Positions 10,701-17,940 of a stretch of 64,000 nt of DNA are shown in pieces. How positions within the stretch are numbered: the first letter of the stretch is position 1; every line of letters begins with the position of its first letter. Source of the stretch: an uncultured Verrucomicrobiota bacterium (GTDB lineage Bacteria > Verrucomicrobiota > Verrucomicrobiia > Limisphaerales > UBA9464); NCBI GenBank assembly GCA_964525755.1, contig CAZGIK010000004.1, positions 16,170 to 80,169 on the forward strand. The letters are read 5' to 3'. The notes below the pieces were generated by a model that was not told where the DNA came from, searched no databases, and was given only the letters and a program-made list of their open reading frames with translations. A program made the position numbers and the translations under genes.

Positions 10701-13700
10701 CGGGGGTGGCAGCGGCTACTTCACCGGGCCGTCCATCGCCCAGAAGGAGAACTGCGACTGCAACCAGAACGGCTTCGTCCCGAAATGCTTCGAGCTCGGC
10801 GCCAGCTCCGGTCTGCTCGGCAGCGCCGTCAGCCAGGGCGCCTCGGCCATCCTCTCCCCGTTCAACGGCAACGCCGAGGTGAAGATGAACGGCTCGGTCA
10901 AGGCCTGCACCTGCTGCGACGAGAACGGCGAGGGCATCAAGATCGAGGGCAATGCCGAGGTTGAGGCCGGCGTCACCGTCAGCATCCCGCTCGTCGGCAA
11001 ACGCCTCCGCGAGGGACAGGCCGCCGGCGCCGGCATGGTGTTCCTCGAGGCGGGGATCGGATGCGACCTCCTCGTCGGCGGGAAGATCAAGGGCACCGCC
11101 CAGGCCAGCACCGACTGCCACCTCGCCAACCCCAAGGCCTGCGTGAGCTTCACCGGCGAGATCCCCGCCGGCGTCGAGTGCGGCGCCGCCGGACTCATGA
11201 CCTACGAGGTCGGCGGCAAGGAGGTCGAGTCGACCGGCGTGAAGGTGTCCGTGGGTCTCAACGGCGGGATGAAGGTCACCTACAGCTACTGTTCCGACGG
11301 CAAGGCCACCGGGCAGATCTGCATGAGCGCCATCACGGCCGACGCCGTGGCGTCGGCCGAGCTGGACGGCCAGGGGATCAACTTCAAGGCCACCGCCGAG
11401 TTGCGGGCCGAGGAATGCTACGACCTTGGCGACTCGGGCAGCCTGGCTGCGGCGCCTGATCCGGTCCGCGAGGCCGTCCTCCAGCTGCGCACCGCGGCGC
11501 TCGACGCCCTGGCGGACGTGGAGAACCAGCGTGCCGCCCAGGAGGCGCGCCTGGCCACGGCCGGCGCCGCGGCCGCCCGCTCCGCCCGCCCCGCCTCCGG
11601 CGGCGCCGGCATCTGCGCCCGGGTCAAGCTCCGCATCGAGCAGGACCTCATCCTCACCCGCAGCGCCTTCAACGCCACCCTCGAGCTGATCAACCGCGAC
11701 GAGCAGCTCCCGCTCGAGAACGTCTTCGTGACCGTCCAGGTGTACGACCGCGACGGACGGGCGGCCACCGACCTCTTCGGGATCCGGCCCCCGGTGCTGT
11801 CGAACCTCTCCGGTGTCGACGGCACCGGAACCGTGGCACCGAACGACCGGGGCTCGGCCTCGTTCATCCTCGTCCCCACCCGCGACGCCGCGCCCGAGGA
11901 ACCCACCGAGTACGCGGTCGGCGGCCTGCTCACCTACTGGCTCGAGGGCCGTGAGGTCAGCGTGCCGCTCGAACCGGTCACCATCACCGTCCTCCCCGAC
12001 CCGCGCCTCGTGATCCAGTACTTCCACGAGCGCGACGTGTTCTCCGACGACCCGTTCACCCGCGACGTCATCGAGCCGACCGTCCCGTACAACCTCGCGG
12101 TGATGGTCGCCAACCGCGGACGGGGCGACGCCCGGAATGTCCGGATCGTCTCCGGCCAGCCGCAGATCATCGAGAACGAGAAGGGCCTGGCCATCGAGTT
12201 CAAGATCCTCGCCACCCAGGTCGCCGGCGAGGAGGTCACCCCGTCGCTCACCGCCGACTTCGGCGAGATCCGGGGCGGTGAGATTGGGATCGCCCGGTGG
12301 CTGATGACCTCCACCCTCCAGGGCCTGTTCCTCGACTACACCGCCACCTTCGAGCACGTCGACAGCCTCGGGAAGACCAACCTGTCGCTGGTCGACGCCG
12401 TGACCATCCACGAGATGATCCGCCTGGTGGAGGCCGGGGGAACGTTCGCCGACGGGCGGCCGGATTTCCTCGTGAACGACTGGCCCGATGCCGATGACCT
12501 GCCCGACGCGCTCTACCTGAGCGACGGCAGCACCAACGCGGTCGAGGTGGTCCGCTCGGCCCGGGTGGACGGGACGCTGGGCAACGGCCCCGGCTCGGTC
12601 CTCCTCACCGCCACGGCCCCCGCCGGTTGGACCTACTTCCGCGTGCCCGACCCGTCGGGTGGCCGCCTCCGTCTGACCCGGGTCACCCGCGCCGACGGGC
12701 GGGAGATCTCCGTCGGCACCAATGCGTGGACGACCGACCGCACGTTCATCGGACGCGCGCAGCGTCCGGTGTACGAGGCGATGGTGCACTTCCTCGACCA
12801 CGACAGTCCGGGCGCCTACACGCTGGAGTTCGAGCCCTTCCCGGCCGGCGACACCACCCCGCCCGTCTCCGCGGTGAAGCCGCTGGCGTCGAACAGCTTC
12901 GCCACCATCCCGCTGATCTGGGACGGCGGCGATGAGCCGGGCGGCAGCGGCCTGGCGGGTTTCGACGTGTTCGTGTCGGTCGACGACGGACCGTTCCTCC
13001 CCTGGCTGCAGGGGACGACCACCCGTGGCGGGATCTATGCCGGCGAGGTCGGACGCCGGTATGCCTTCTACAGCGTGGCCGTCGACCAGGCCGGCAACCG
13101 GGAGGCGCCGCCCCTTGTGCCCGACACCGTCACCACCGTGACCCGCGCCAACACCGCGCCCCAGGTCGTGGCGGTCGAGCCGGTGACGATCGACGAGGGA
13201 CGGACCCTCGACCTCGCGCTCCGGGCGACCGACGCCGAGGCGCCGCCGCAGGCCCTCACCTGGACGCTCGGGGAGGACGCCCCGGCCGGGGCCACCGTCG
13301 ATCCCTCGACCGGACGCCTCCGCTGGGAGACCGGCGAATCGGACGGTCCCGGCACCAACCGGTTCACCCTCGTGGTGCGGGACAACGGCAGTCCGTCGCT
13401 TGCCGCCACCACATCGGTCCAGGTGGTGGTGCGCGAGGTGAACACGACACCGGTCCTGCCGGTGATCCCGGACTGGGTGCTCAACGAACGGGAGCTGCTC
13501 GTCTTCACCAACCGGGCGACCGACATCGACCTGCCGGCCCAACGGATCACCTACACCCTGGGAGCCGGGACGCCGGTCGGATCGAGCCTGCATCCCGACA
13601 CCGGCGTGTTCCGCTGGCAGCCGGCCGACTTCCAGGGCGGGACGACCAACGAGTTCACCGTCTTCGCCCGGGACCACGGGGACCCAAGCCTGGCGGCGGT

Positions 13701-14370
13701 CCGCACGTTCCGGGTCGTGGTCCGCGACACCCGCGGGGATTTCAGCCTGACCCTGGGAAGAACGAATGCGCTGCGCGGTGCGTCGGGCAGCGTGCCCGTG
13801 TCGATCGGGACCGGCCTGGGCCTGGAGCACGTGGAGTTCCTGCTCGACCAGTCCACGGCCGACCTGTCCGGTCTGCGGCTCGATCCGATTTCCGCCCAGG
13901 TTGCCACCGCCACCCTGGTCCCGGCCGGGGCCAACCGGTCACGGATCCGGTTCGAGCCCCTCGCCGGCGGGGTACTCCAGGGAGCCGATGAAGCCCTCGC
14001 AGACCTGCACTTCGAGGCGGTCGCCGGCGAGGAATCGGTCGCCGTCCGGCTCCTCCCGTCCCAGGTGCGGGCCCTGCGCGAGGACGGTGTCCTCCTGGAA
14101 CGGGCCCAGGTCCGGCCGGGCCGGGTCTTCGTCGTCGGCGCCCAACCCCTCCTCGCCGATCCCGACCCGGAGGGCGACGTGCTCCACCTCCGGCTCTTCG
14201 GCCGGCCCGGATTCCGGTACCGGATCGAGCGGGCGGCGCGGATCGACGATGTCGACGCCTGGCTGCCCGCCGGGGAGGCGACCGCCGGGGAGGACGGGAC
14301 GCCCGTCGACCTGCCCCGCCCATCGACCGGGGTGGAACTGTACCGCGCGGTGGAGATCAGCGGGCCGTAG
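1777..14370 (+). CDS. Giant secreted multidomain surface protein (4,197 codons from ATG 1777)
   Basis: Single uninterrupted frame (track ORF 1741..14370). The ATG at 1777 gives a signal-like N-terminus MIASLLRVLLGKVVPGLLVIASLRA. Approximate modules by eye: 5 tandem ~180-aa repeats (2230-4790); LamG/concanavalin-like (4990-5570: AWTVEAWV..WYHVAGTFDG..LYVDG..GRIDEV); two Ig-like modules (5600-6240); CARDB-like and Calx-beta-like arrays (6240-8930); CarboxypepD_reg-like modules (~8950-10150); Gly18 + Cys-rich module (10510-11445); FN3-like (12850-13130); two cadherin-like modules (13140-13730); cohesin-like module (13735-14170). No recognisable C-terminal sorting signal. Confidence 0.9.
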   Translation: MIASLLRVLLGKVVPGLLVIASLRAELPPATISWTGSADGNWNNPSNWDPARVPLATDHVSVPATAGEGLTVNVSPSVASLRIGTARVILPAGRTLATSEGSEVAAAGTLEVHGALAGAPVAVAGRMVWNAGRIWTGIRVLSGGTLELATDADKQLSSNTAATPAYIDNAGTLRRLEGRILAWDSAQVTNRGTLRIDGGGTVFAYCCGGGAARLENTGTVVVNGPVEGTGLGDVHLDQRGTVEVPAGVLVLASSSDWADDTRVTGPGTVRFAASTATFGGRVTAGGPIVLDGAAWTGALRVVGPVPVVAVGGRVYGALTVSEESTLRIQGAGLNLSSNSSATPATLTNHGTLRWEGGRILAWDSSILVNTGTIDLATDGPFIQYCCGGGESRLENLGTIRKTAGEGDAQLGDTILTQGGAIGAESGRLLITRASLWSDGTRITGDGIVLPGDFHQFTGTVTLDGPLLLAGGNLHGTGSLTGSHPMTWATGRLYGELTIGSGTLLRIIPGDGFYHYLSSNNANTPARLINRGTVRWEGIQLVAWDSSVIRNEGRWELAADGAAWDYCCGGGPGTFENIGTLVKVAGDGTTALNTLHIDNSGTVRVDTGTVSANYHSVWRDGSRIEGAGRVRFASGDSTLEGRLVVTGTAELAGANIRGTGRLAGPGRIEWTASRLWEQLTIDAGARLVVVGEGIHYLSSNNANQPAILTNLGVLSWQGPAPITAWDSSRIVNRGEMRLEADGVAVQYCCGGGWSTLLNEGVLTKVGTPGTTSLLETFLDQRGTITVAAGSLDILRDARWSAQPVVRGAGRLRLVGGTQEFVDPVRVEGTLELAGAALVGNAVLGGPGITEWSAGRLYNGLTVAPDGRLHLTGSLQMSSNNSATPATLTNHGMVRWTGGTITAWDQSRIANPGTWDLATTGTAFSYCCGGGFANFINTGTVRLDVDGATAVFSSIGFINRGRLELEAGALQVTPSLTFEPEGTLAIGVDGPPEAPSHGRVLLQSTATLGGRFELNPADGFEPAPDTALRILTTGVRQGAFSPEILPDAPETRAWSLGYGSGHVDAFLTDPCFAGGLIAWYAGEGSAADLAGANPGTLFGGAGFAEGYIGQAFALDGIDDHVRLGNWTPGPAWTVEAWVNTSNTPAGRRTIVGGVDACRDWGLMMVDGHWTVPFRPPGECSGGILSVDPAEPGRWYHVAGTFDGTTVRLYVDGILQGEAVAEPHYAPTPNGTWIGGSVCCGEYFSGRIDEVGVHDRALPPERILALVENGVRGRCAGVGLYAIQFSPTGPIRTPVDQLAIRFNQPINPATFTADDVRVTTPSGPLPAGSVSILSAEPADGRAFRITLPAQSAEGAYQVEIGPDIADLAGGTMTGDHPFRAAFTIDRTSPRVVGFTPVSPAVERVESLAFTLDEPLDPASVTAADLTLTGPSNPGVRQVVTEADGTRFRFQLHAALAAGTYTVRFGPDVRDPAGNPLDTDGDGTPGEAGEDAYEATLEVRSSDVALLSLTVPAGALMGQGIPVVVALTNRGTASATGPWANQIRLATDGSGTGAQTIGTFTFNGTIPPGGGLVLTQTVILPSGVIGARHVGVVLDVGGRLVEEDRDNNAGYAQVPIAISAADLVIDSLTADPSAVLGAPLAIRWEVRNAGSSATVAAGVDRVYLAPSTNTLAGAVLLATVPGEVLGAGGTYQREIAPVLPLGVGLPPGGYHVRVDTDAANAQAESREDNNRGTAPVAVTLPPLPDLALAELDPPGFVAPGAEATLRWTVTNRGALAAPGPWSEAVALVDVTGQRIPLGEFRWTNALAPGEWQVRTQALTLPVSLPAGDLHLEVGVDHRAEVVESDETNNLVRSDSPTTVPNVLGLSFNVAELAEGGPTAVGTITRNGDRSVPLLVQLAVTPPGELEVPPEITIPVGAAAVTFPAAGAVDGLPDADALVRVEVMADEHASGFAAIRVVNVDRPALQITVTTNRVREGLTLAATLAHDGPTNTAVVAFLSSDPPGRLLLPGTVEIPVGSDRVVHTWIAPDNTALEPDLPVTVTAVAPGFQLATREIVVIDDDLLALSVDATLDRISEAAGAQATAVTVRRPVATPVALTVDLIPTSPGILLLPAFATIPAGQAEISFPVGVVDDALVNGERSVTVRVFVRATGTLEHVAEAPSLGLTVVDDDGPALRLTLDREVSAEGLATAAIGTVRRNTAPTAPLTVQLASDNPAEATVPASVVIPAGAESATFPVTTVADGVSDGTRAVLVSAGAPGFASGTARLLVTDTDQPDLVISRLTAPSSAEADGLVDVGYRVRNEGLATARGPFVTRVFVSTDAVVGGDTLLGQYTFEGELPPGQFLEQAARFRMPRTTGPHWFVVVTDAGGAVEELREDNNSRITATPTESLAGYTATVATELEAAPAGTPVPLAGRAVRRGSDTPAAGVPVQVQVMIRGTRRVLSAVTDTAGEFAVTFQPLPNEAGRYQVGAAHPGEAAVPVQDAFTLLGFAARPDPARLALTEGSPASTVIELVNLGDLPLSGLATTVLDAVGNLDVEAVLEADAVAAGGTNRLTVTVSARDLTYTFGRFGVRVDSAEGASIIVPVDFTIEALRARLVAGPGRLLAGATRGRQTAVEFDVVNAGGDASGALSVSLPEVPWLALASANPLPDLPPGATNRVTLLLTPPADVPLGPYAGALVLNGAETSLGVPFEFRVVSDAKGALLVRAEDEFTYYATGNPPVTNAAVVVRDTVSRQVVTNGVTGADGTFFADGLFEGYYDIEVSAPKRTTDRPTRLLVAGQTNRVNAFLSRQTVEYVWTVVPTEIEDRTRIVIETTFETVVPVPVVTVTPTVIDLAEMVGDEMQVDIAISNHGLIAAQAMSIEFDSHPDFTFTPLVGDIGTLPANSSIVVPLVIRRTAPSLRAALAAGGRAGLAAGTGPCWGSGRVRHKLKCGERDSEYATGIGVRNAGNCGSTAGIRNPGWGWGGGGGGGGGGGGGGGGGGSGYFTGPSIAQKENCDCNQNGFVPKCFELGASSGLLGSAVSQGASAILSPFNGNAEVKMNGSVKACTCCDENGEGIKIEGNAEVEAGVTVSIPLVGKRLREGQAAGAGMVFLEAGIGCDLLVGGKIKGTAQASTDCHLANPKACVSFTGEIPAGVECGAAGLMTYEVGGKEVESTGVKVSVGLNGGMKVTYSYCSDGKATGQICMSAITADAVASAELDGQGINFKATAELRAEECYDLGDSGSLAAAPDPVREAVLQLRTAALDALADVENQRAAQEARLATAGAAAARSARPASGGAGICARVKLRIEQDLILTRSAFNATLELINRDEQLPLENVFVTVQVYDRDGRAATDLFGIRPPVLSNLSGVDGTGTVAPNDRGSASFILVPTRDAAPEEPTEYAVGGLLTYWLEGREVSVPLEPVTITVLPDPRLVIQYFHERDVFSDDPFTRDVIEPTVPYNLAVMVANRGRGDARNVRIVSGQPQIIENEKGLAIEFKILATQVAGEEVTPSLTADFGEIRGGEIGIARWLMTSTLQGLFLDYTATFEHVDSLGKTNLSLVDAVTIHEMIRLVEAGGTFADGRPDFLVNDWPDADDLPDALYLSDGSTNAVEVVRSARVDGTLGNGPGSVLLTATAPAGWTYFRVPDPSGGRLRLTRVTRADGREISVGTNAWTTDRTFIGRAQRPVYEAMVHFLDHDSPGAYTLEFEPFPAGDTTPPVSAVKPLASNSFATIPLIWDGGDEPGGSGLAGFDVFVSVDDGPFLPWLQGTTTRGGIYAGEVGRRYAFYSVAVDQAGNREAPPLVPDTVTTVTRANTAPQVVAVEPVTIDEGRTLDLALRATDAEAPPQALTWTLGEDAPAGATVDPSTGRLRWETGESDGPGTNRFTLVVRDNGSPSLAATTSVQVVVREVNTTPVLPVIPDWVLNERELLVFTNRATDIDLPAQRITYTLGAGTPVGSSLHPDTGVFRWQPADFQGGTTNEFTVFARDHGDPSLAAVRTFRVVVRDTRGDFSLTLGRTNALRGASGSVPVSIGTGLGLEHVEFLLDQSTADLSGLRLDPISAQVATATLVPAGANRSRIRFEPLAGGVLQGADEALADLHFEAVAGEESVAVRLLPSQVRALREDGVLLERAQVRPGRVFVVGAQPLLADPDPEGDVLHLRLFGRPGFRYRIERAARIDDVDAWLPAGEATAGEDGTPVDLPRPSTGVELYRAVEISGP
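2230..4790 (+). repeat. Five in-frame tandem repeats of ~534-543 nt (~180 aa) inside the giant CDS
   Basis: Recurring block LSSN-x2-A-x-PA-x-L-x-N-x-G-x3-W-x-G-x3-AWD-x-S .. YCCGGG .. N-x-G. The TAC TGC TGC GGG GGC GGC (Y-C-C-G-G-G) motif starts at 2389, 2926, 3469, 4012 and 4546. All five are in frame with 1741; spacing is 537/543/543/534 nt. Confidence 0.8.
6240..8930 (+). repeat. Array of ~100-120-aa Ig-fold modules (CARDB-like then Calx-beta-like) inside the giant CDS
   Basis: Repeated patterns such as DL-x-L/V-x-L..P....G......V.N.G...A (CARDB-like: DVALLSLTVPAG.., DLVIDSLTADPS.., DLALAELDPPGF.., DLVISRLTAPSS..). Also repeated L-x-L/V-x-V....V-x-EG.....GTV-x-R (Calx-beta-like: LSFNVAELAEGGPTAVGTITRNG, LQITVTTNRVREG, LRLTLDREVSAEGLATAAIGTVRRN). 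Boundaries are approximate. Confidence 0.5.
10657..10710 (+). repeat. 18-codon poly-glycine tract (mixed GGC/GGT/GGG codons) within the giant CDS
   Basis: Read directly: ..GGC TGG GGT TGG then 18 GGN codons, then AGC GGC TAC. Protein context NPGWGW-G18-SGYF. Confidence 0.95.
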
Positions 14371-14423
14371 GCCGGCCACGGGGCATCACCCGGGGTCCGG
14401 CAAGGGGCGGTCCGCGGGGGAAC

Positions 14424-15059
14424 TCACCCCAGCCGCCGCCGGATTGCCCGGCAGGCGGCGGCGATGTCGGGCGCCCGGAGGATCGCCGACACGATGCAGA
14501 CCCGGGTGGCGCCGGCGTCGAGGACCTCGTCGAGATTGCCCTCGTGGATGCCGCCGATGGCGAACCACGGCAGCTCGAGGTTCGCGGCCGCCCAGCGGAC
14601 GTACTCGAGGGTCACGGCGGGACGGCCGGGCTTGGTGCCGGTGGCGTACACCGGTCCCACCGCCACGTAGTCCGCACCGGCCGCCACCGCCCGACGGGCC
14701 TGGTCCGGCGCATGGGAACTCAGCCCGAGGCGCATCGTCGTCCCCCCGCACAGCGCCTCGGCCCGGTCATGCCCGGCATCGAAGAAATCCTCCTGGCCCA
14801 CATGGACACAGTCGACACCCAGCCGCCGGCCGAGTTCCCAGTGGTCGTTCAGGACGAACCATGCCCCGGCCGCCGCGACGACCGGCCGGACCTGTTCGGC
14901 CAACCGGGCCACGGCGTCGGGCGATTCCCCCTTGGCCCGGAGCTGGACGATGTCCGCCCCGCCCTCGCACAGCGCCGCGGCCACCGCGGCCGGGTCCCGG
15001 CCGTCGAGGTAGGCGGTGTCGACGAATCCGTAGAGACGGCAATCAGCCAGCGGCTTCAC
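14424..15059 (-). CDS. thiE: Thiamine-phosphate synthase
   Basis: C-terminal 211 aa of track ORF 14424..16058: [57 protein letters not shown]. Start set at the in-frame GTG (cac 15057-15059), 20 nt after the upstream gene's stop. The rest of the track ORF is read-through in another gene's shadow. Confidence 0.85.
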   Translation of the reverse strand: MKPLADCRLYGFVDTAYLDGRDPAAVAAALCEGGADIVQLRAKGESPDAVARLAEQVRPVVAAAGAWFVLNDHWELGRRLGVDCVHVGQEDFFDAGHDRAEALCGGTTMRLGLSSHAPDQARRAVAAGADYVAVGPVYATGTKPGRPAVTLEYVRWAAANLELPWFAIGGIHEGNLDEVLDAGATRVCIVSAILRAPDIAAACRAIRRRLG

Positions 15060-15079
15060 GGCAGGGAGGAGGCGGCGGC

Positions 15080-15934
15080 TCAGCGACGGCGGCGGGTGGT
15101 GCGTTCCTGGAGCCAGGCGTGGTCCACCCGGCTCCGGGTTCCCGGAACCCCGCTGTGCACGGAGTGGAAATCGCCGTTGAACGGCGGGTTGTTGAAGTTC
15201 CCGTCGGTCCACTTGCGGCCCTCGGCATGGCCGTCGGCGAAGGCGAAGTTGGACACCTTCCCGTGATAGTTCCCGGGGACGTGGTACACCCCGGGCGGGT
15301 TGGCGGGCATGATCACGCCGAAGAACGGGCGGCAGATGCTCTTCGGATGGATCTCGCCGAAGACGAAGGTTCCCGACGGGTTGGTCGTCTCGCTCACCTT
15401 GCGGTAGACCTCGTAGCGCTGCGCGTCGCCCTGGTTGTTGTACGGGCCCGAATCCTGCCAGCCCACGAACGAGTTCATGGCGTAGCTGCGGGGATTGGAC
15501 TGGGTGCGTCCGTTGATCCGCTCGGTATGCTTGTCGCCGGGGCACTTGAAGCTGCCCTTGGCGGTGATGTAGCTGGCGAGGAGCGCCACCCGCGGATTGA
15601 TCAGGCCGCCGCTGGTCTGCTCCAGCTGGTTGTTGCCGTCCCGCCCCTCCACCCAGTACTTGGCCACGTAGTTCGGCGGCGGGTTGAGCAGGTTGACGTT
15701 GGGATCCCCCGCCCCGTTGGGCGGGAAATAGTCGTTGAAGTCGGTCGCATAGACCATCGACGCGGTGATCAGCTGCTTCTCGTTGTTGAGGCAGGCGATC
15801 CCGGTGGCCTTCTGCTTCGCCTTGGCCAGCGCCGGCAGGAGCATCCCGGCCAGGATGGCGATGATGGCGATCACCACCAGCAGTTCGATGAGGGTGAAAC
15901 CGCTTCGGGCCGGAAGGTTCTGGCGATGATTCAT
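15080..15934 (-). CDS. Prepilin-type N-terminal cleavage/methylation domain protein (DUF1559 / H-X9-DG-like pseudopilin family)
   Basis: In-frame ATG at 15934 gives [43 protein letters not shown], a class III signal with a G/FTLIE cleavage motif. C-terminal [14 protein letters not shown] motif is typical of the PVC pseudopilin-like family. Confidence 0.85.
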   Translation of the reverse strand: MNHRQNLPARSGFTLIELLVVIAIIAILAGMLLPALAKAKQKATGIACLNNEKQLITASMVYATDFNDYFPPNGAGDPNVNLLNPPPNYVAKYWVEGRDGNNQLEQTSGGLINPRVALLASYITAKGSFKCPGDKHTERINGRTQSNPRSYAMNSFVGWQDSGPYNNQGDAQRYEVYRKVSETTNPSGTFVFGEIHPKSICRPFFGVIMPANPPGVYHVPGNYHGKVSNFAFADGHAEGRKWTDGNFNNPPFNGDFHSVHSGVPGTRSRVDHAWLQERTTRRRR

Positions 15935-15984
15935 CAGGCGGACGGGATGCGTGGAACGGCCGGAAACGTGGGGGCCGCGAGCGG

Positions 15985-16296
15985 TCAGGGCAATTCCGAA
16001 AGCAGGGCCTCGAGCTCCGCCTGCGGCCCCTCGTGATGCTGTTCCACCGCCAGGGCAAGCGCCCGACGGAACGCCGCCACGGCCGCCTCGCGCCGGCCCT
16101 CGGCGAGGTCGCATCGGCCGATCAGGATCTGAACCACCATCCAGTCGGGACGGCGGGCCAGCGCGGCCTCGAAGTGGGTCCGGGCCTCGGTCAGCTCCCC
16201 CCGGTCGTAGAGGGCCTTCCCGAGGCTGAACCGGGCCAGCTCGTTGTCCGGGAACCGGGCCACCATGTCGCGCTGACGCTGCAACGGATCGTTCAC
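15985..16296 (-). CDS. Small TPR-like helical repeat protein
   Basis: 103 aa. Pattern [28 protein letters not shown].. and [24 protein letters not shown] resembles two TPR units. Sits between murJ and the pseudopilin-like gene on the same strand. Confidence 0.5.
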   Translation of the reverse strand: MNDPLQRQRDMVARFPDNELARFSLGKALYDRGELTEARTHFEAALARRPDWMVVQILIGRCDLAEGRREAAVAAFRRALALAVEQHHEGPQAELEALLSELP

Positions 16297-16353
16297 CGGC
16301 CGACCGTCGGGTCCATCCGGCCGGCCGTCAACGGCCGGTCCGGGGGGGCGGCG

Positions 16354-17910
16354 TCACGCCCGGGGCTTTCCGCGGAGCAACGTCACCAACTCGCGCAGCT
16401 GGGGCACCCGCAGCCAGTGGCTGAGCCCGAGGTACAGCAGCGCCGCGGCGCCCGAGGGGAGGAACACCCCGGCCAGGCGGGTGCCGAGATGGGCGTGGCC
16501 GAGGGAGCGGTCGGTCCAGGCCGCCACCCCCCAGGCCGCGAGGCCCGCCGCCACCGCCGCCGCCCCGACGGCGGCGCCCACGGGGACGAGGTCGCGGAGG
16601 GAGAACTTCGGCTGCTTGCGACGGAACGCGTAGAGCAGGAGCCCGGTGTTGAGGGCGGCGCTGAGGGAATTGGCCATGCCCATGCCCCCCTGACGGAAGG
16701 CCGGGATCAGCACCAGCGCGAGCGCGAGGTTGGTGGCGAGGCAGAAGAGGCTGATCCGCAGGGGGGTGCGGGTGTCGCCCAGGGCGTAGAACGCCCGGGC
16801 CAGGATGTTGTTCAGCGAGAACGCCAGCAGCCCGGGCGCCAGGCAGGTCAGGGCGAAGGCCGCCCGGGCGGTGGAATCGGCCGTGAAGCTGCCGCGCTCG
16901 AAGAGCAGGCGCACGATCGGCTCCGCCAGCACGAGGAGGAGGACCGACGCCAGGCCGTTGAGGAAGACCAGCTGGAGCATCCCCTCGCGCAGGGCCGACC
17001 GGAACTCGGGATATTTCCGGTCCGCCGCCAGCCCGCTCAACTCGGTCAGCAGGTAGGTGGCCAGCGAGACGCCGACCACCCCCTGGGGCAGTTCGAGGAG
17101 GCGGATGGCGTAGTTGAACGAGGCGACGACCTCCTCCGCCTCCCGGTAGGCGATGGCCTGGGTGACCACCACGTTGACCTGGTAGGCCGCCGCCCCGAGC
17201 ACCGCCGGCGCCATGCGACGCACCACCTCGCGGACGGTCGGATCCCCCCACGGGCTCACCCAGCGGTAGCGGAAGCCGTCCCGCCGCAGCGCGGGCCACT
17301 GGACCGCCGCCTGGAGGAATCCGGCGAGGACCACGCCCACGGCCAGGCCGAACACCTGTTCCGACCGCTCGGCGCCGAACCACGGCGCGAGGAAGTACAC
17401 CGAGGCGATCATCACCACGTTCAGGACCGCCGCCCCGAGGGCGGGGAGGAAGTAGTGGCCGCGGGCGTTGAGCACGCCGATGAACAGGGCGGCCAGGCAG
17501 ACGAAGCCCAGGTAGGGGAACATCACCCGGAGAAGCCGGGCCACGAGTTCGTCTCGGGCCGCCATCGGCACGAACTCGATGGCCAGTGTCAGTCCGGCGA
17601 TGCCCAGCACCACCACGGCCGCCACCACCAGGACGAGGGCCGACAGCACGGCGTTCGCCGCGTGCCACATGGCGGGCTCGCCGTCGTTGCGTTCCCGGTC
17701 CTTGAACACCGGGATGAAGGCGGCGGTGAGCGCGCCCTCGCCCAGGAGCCTCCGGAACAGGTTCGGGATCGTGTAGGCGAAGTAGAACGCGCTCGCCACC
17801 CCGCGGTCGCCCATGAAGGCGGCATAGACCGCCTCCCGGACGAAGCCCAGCACGCGGCTCATCAGCGTGGCCGCCGCGGCCGCGCCGGAGGATCTCAGCA
17901 TTCGGGACAT
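16354..17910 (-). CDS. murJ: Lipid II flippase MurJ/MviN
   Basis: N-terminus ..AAATLMSRVLGFVREAVYAAFMGDRGVASAFYFAYTIPNLFRRLLGEGALTAAFIPVF, followed by ~14 hydrophobic segments over 518 aa. Confidence 0.9.
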   Translation of the reverse strand: MSRMLRSSGAAAAATLMSRVLGFVREAVYAAFMGDRGVASAFYFAYTIPNLFRRLLGEGALTAAFIPVFKDRERNDGEPAMWHAANAVLSALVLVVAAVVVLGIAGLTLAIEFVPMAARDELVARLLRVMFPYLGFVCLAALFIGVLNARGHYFLPALGAAVLNVVMIASVYFLAPWFGAERSEQVFGLAVGVVLAGFLQAAVQWPALRRDGFRYRWVSPWGDPTVREVVRRMAPAVLGAAAYQVNVVVTQAIAYREAEEVVASFNYAIRLLELPQGVVGVSLATYLLTELSGLAADRKYPEFRSALREGMLQLVFLNGLASVLLLVLAEPIVRLLFERGSFTADSTARAAFALTCLAPGLLAFSLNNILARAFYALGDTRTPLRISLFCLATNLALALVLIPAFRQGGMGMANSLSAALNTGLLLYAFRRKQPKFSLRDLVPVGAAVGAAAVAAGLAAWGVAAWTDRSLGHAHLGTRLAGVFLPSGAAALLYLGLSHWLRVPQLRELVTLLRGKPRA

Positions 17911-17940
17911 GCGCGGGGGATCGGGAATCGACGCCCGACG

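Noticed and set aside
10645-10713. GGN repeat as a slipped-strand phase-variation tract
   Set aside because: The codons are a mix of GGC/GGT/GGG rather than a pure mono- or trinucleotide repeat, and any multiple-of-3 slippage would stay in frame. It is more likely just a poly-Gly linker.
8617-13830. 1,737-aa minus-strand ORF antisense to the giant gene
   Set aside because: The translation is dominated by Arg/Gly/Pro/Asp/His runs with no recognisable domain. It lies entirely inside a plus-strand frame that has clear domain structure. This is the typical stop-codon-poor shadow frame of very GC-rich DNA.
14371-14423. Terminator between the convergent giant gene and thiE
   Set aside because: I could not find a convincing stem-loop or T-tract in the 53-nt spacer.
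15060-15079. Looked for a TPP riboswitch upstream of thiE
   Set aside because: Only 20 nt separate thiE from the preceding gene, so there is no room for a THI element. None is recognisable upstream of the string either.
14424-16058. Single 544-aa track ORF suggesting one large protein
   Set aside because: Only the C-terminal 211 aa (ThiE) look like a real protein. The upstream part is a shadow frame overlapping the pseudopilin-like gene (15080..15934), which is encoded in a different frame. I split it accordingly.
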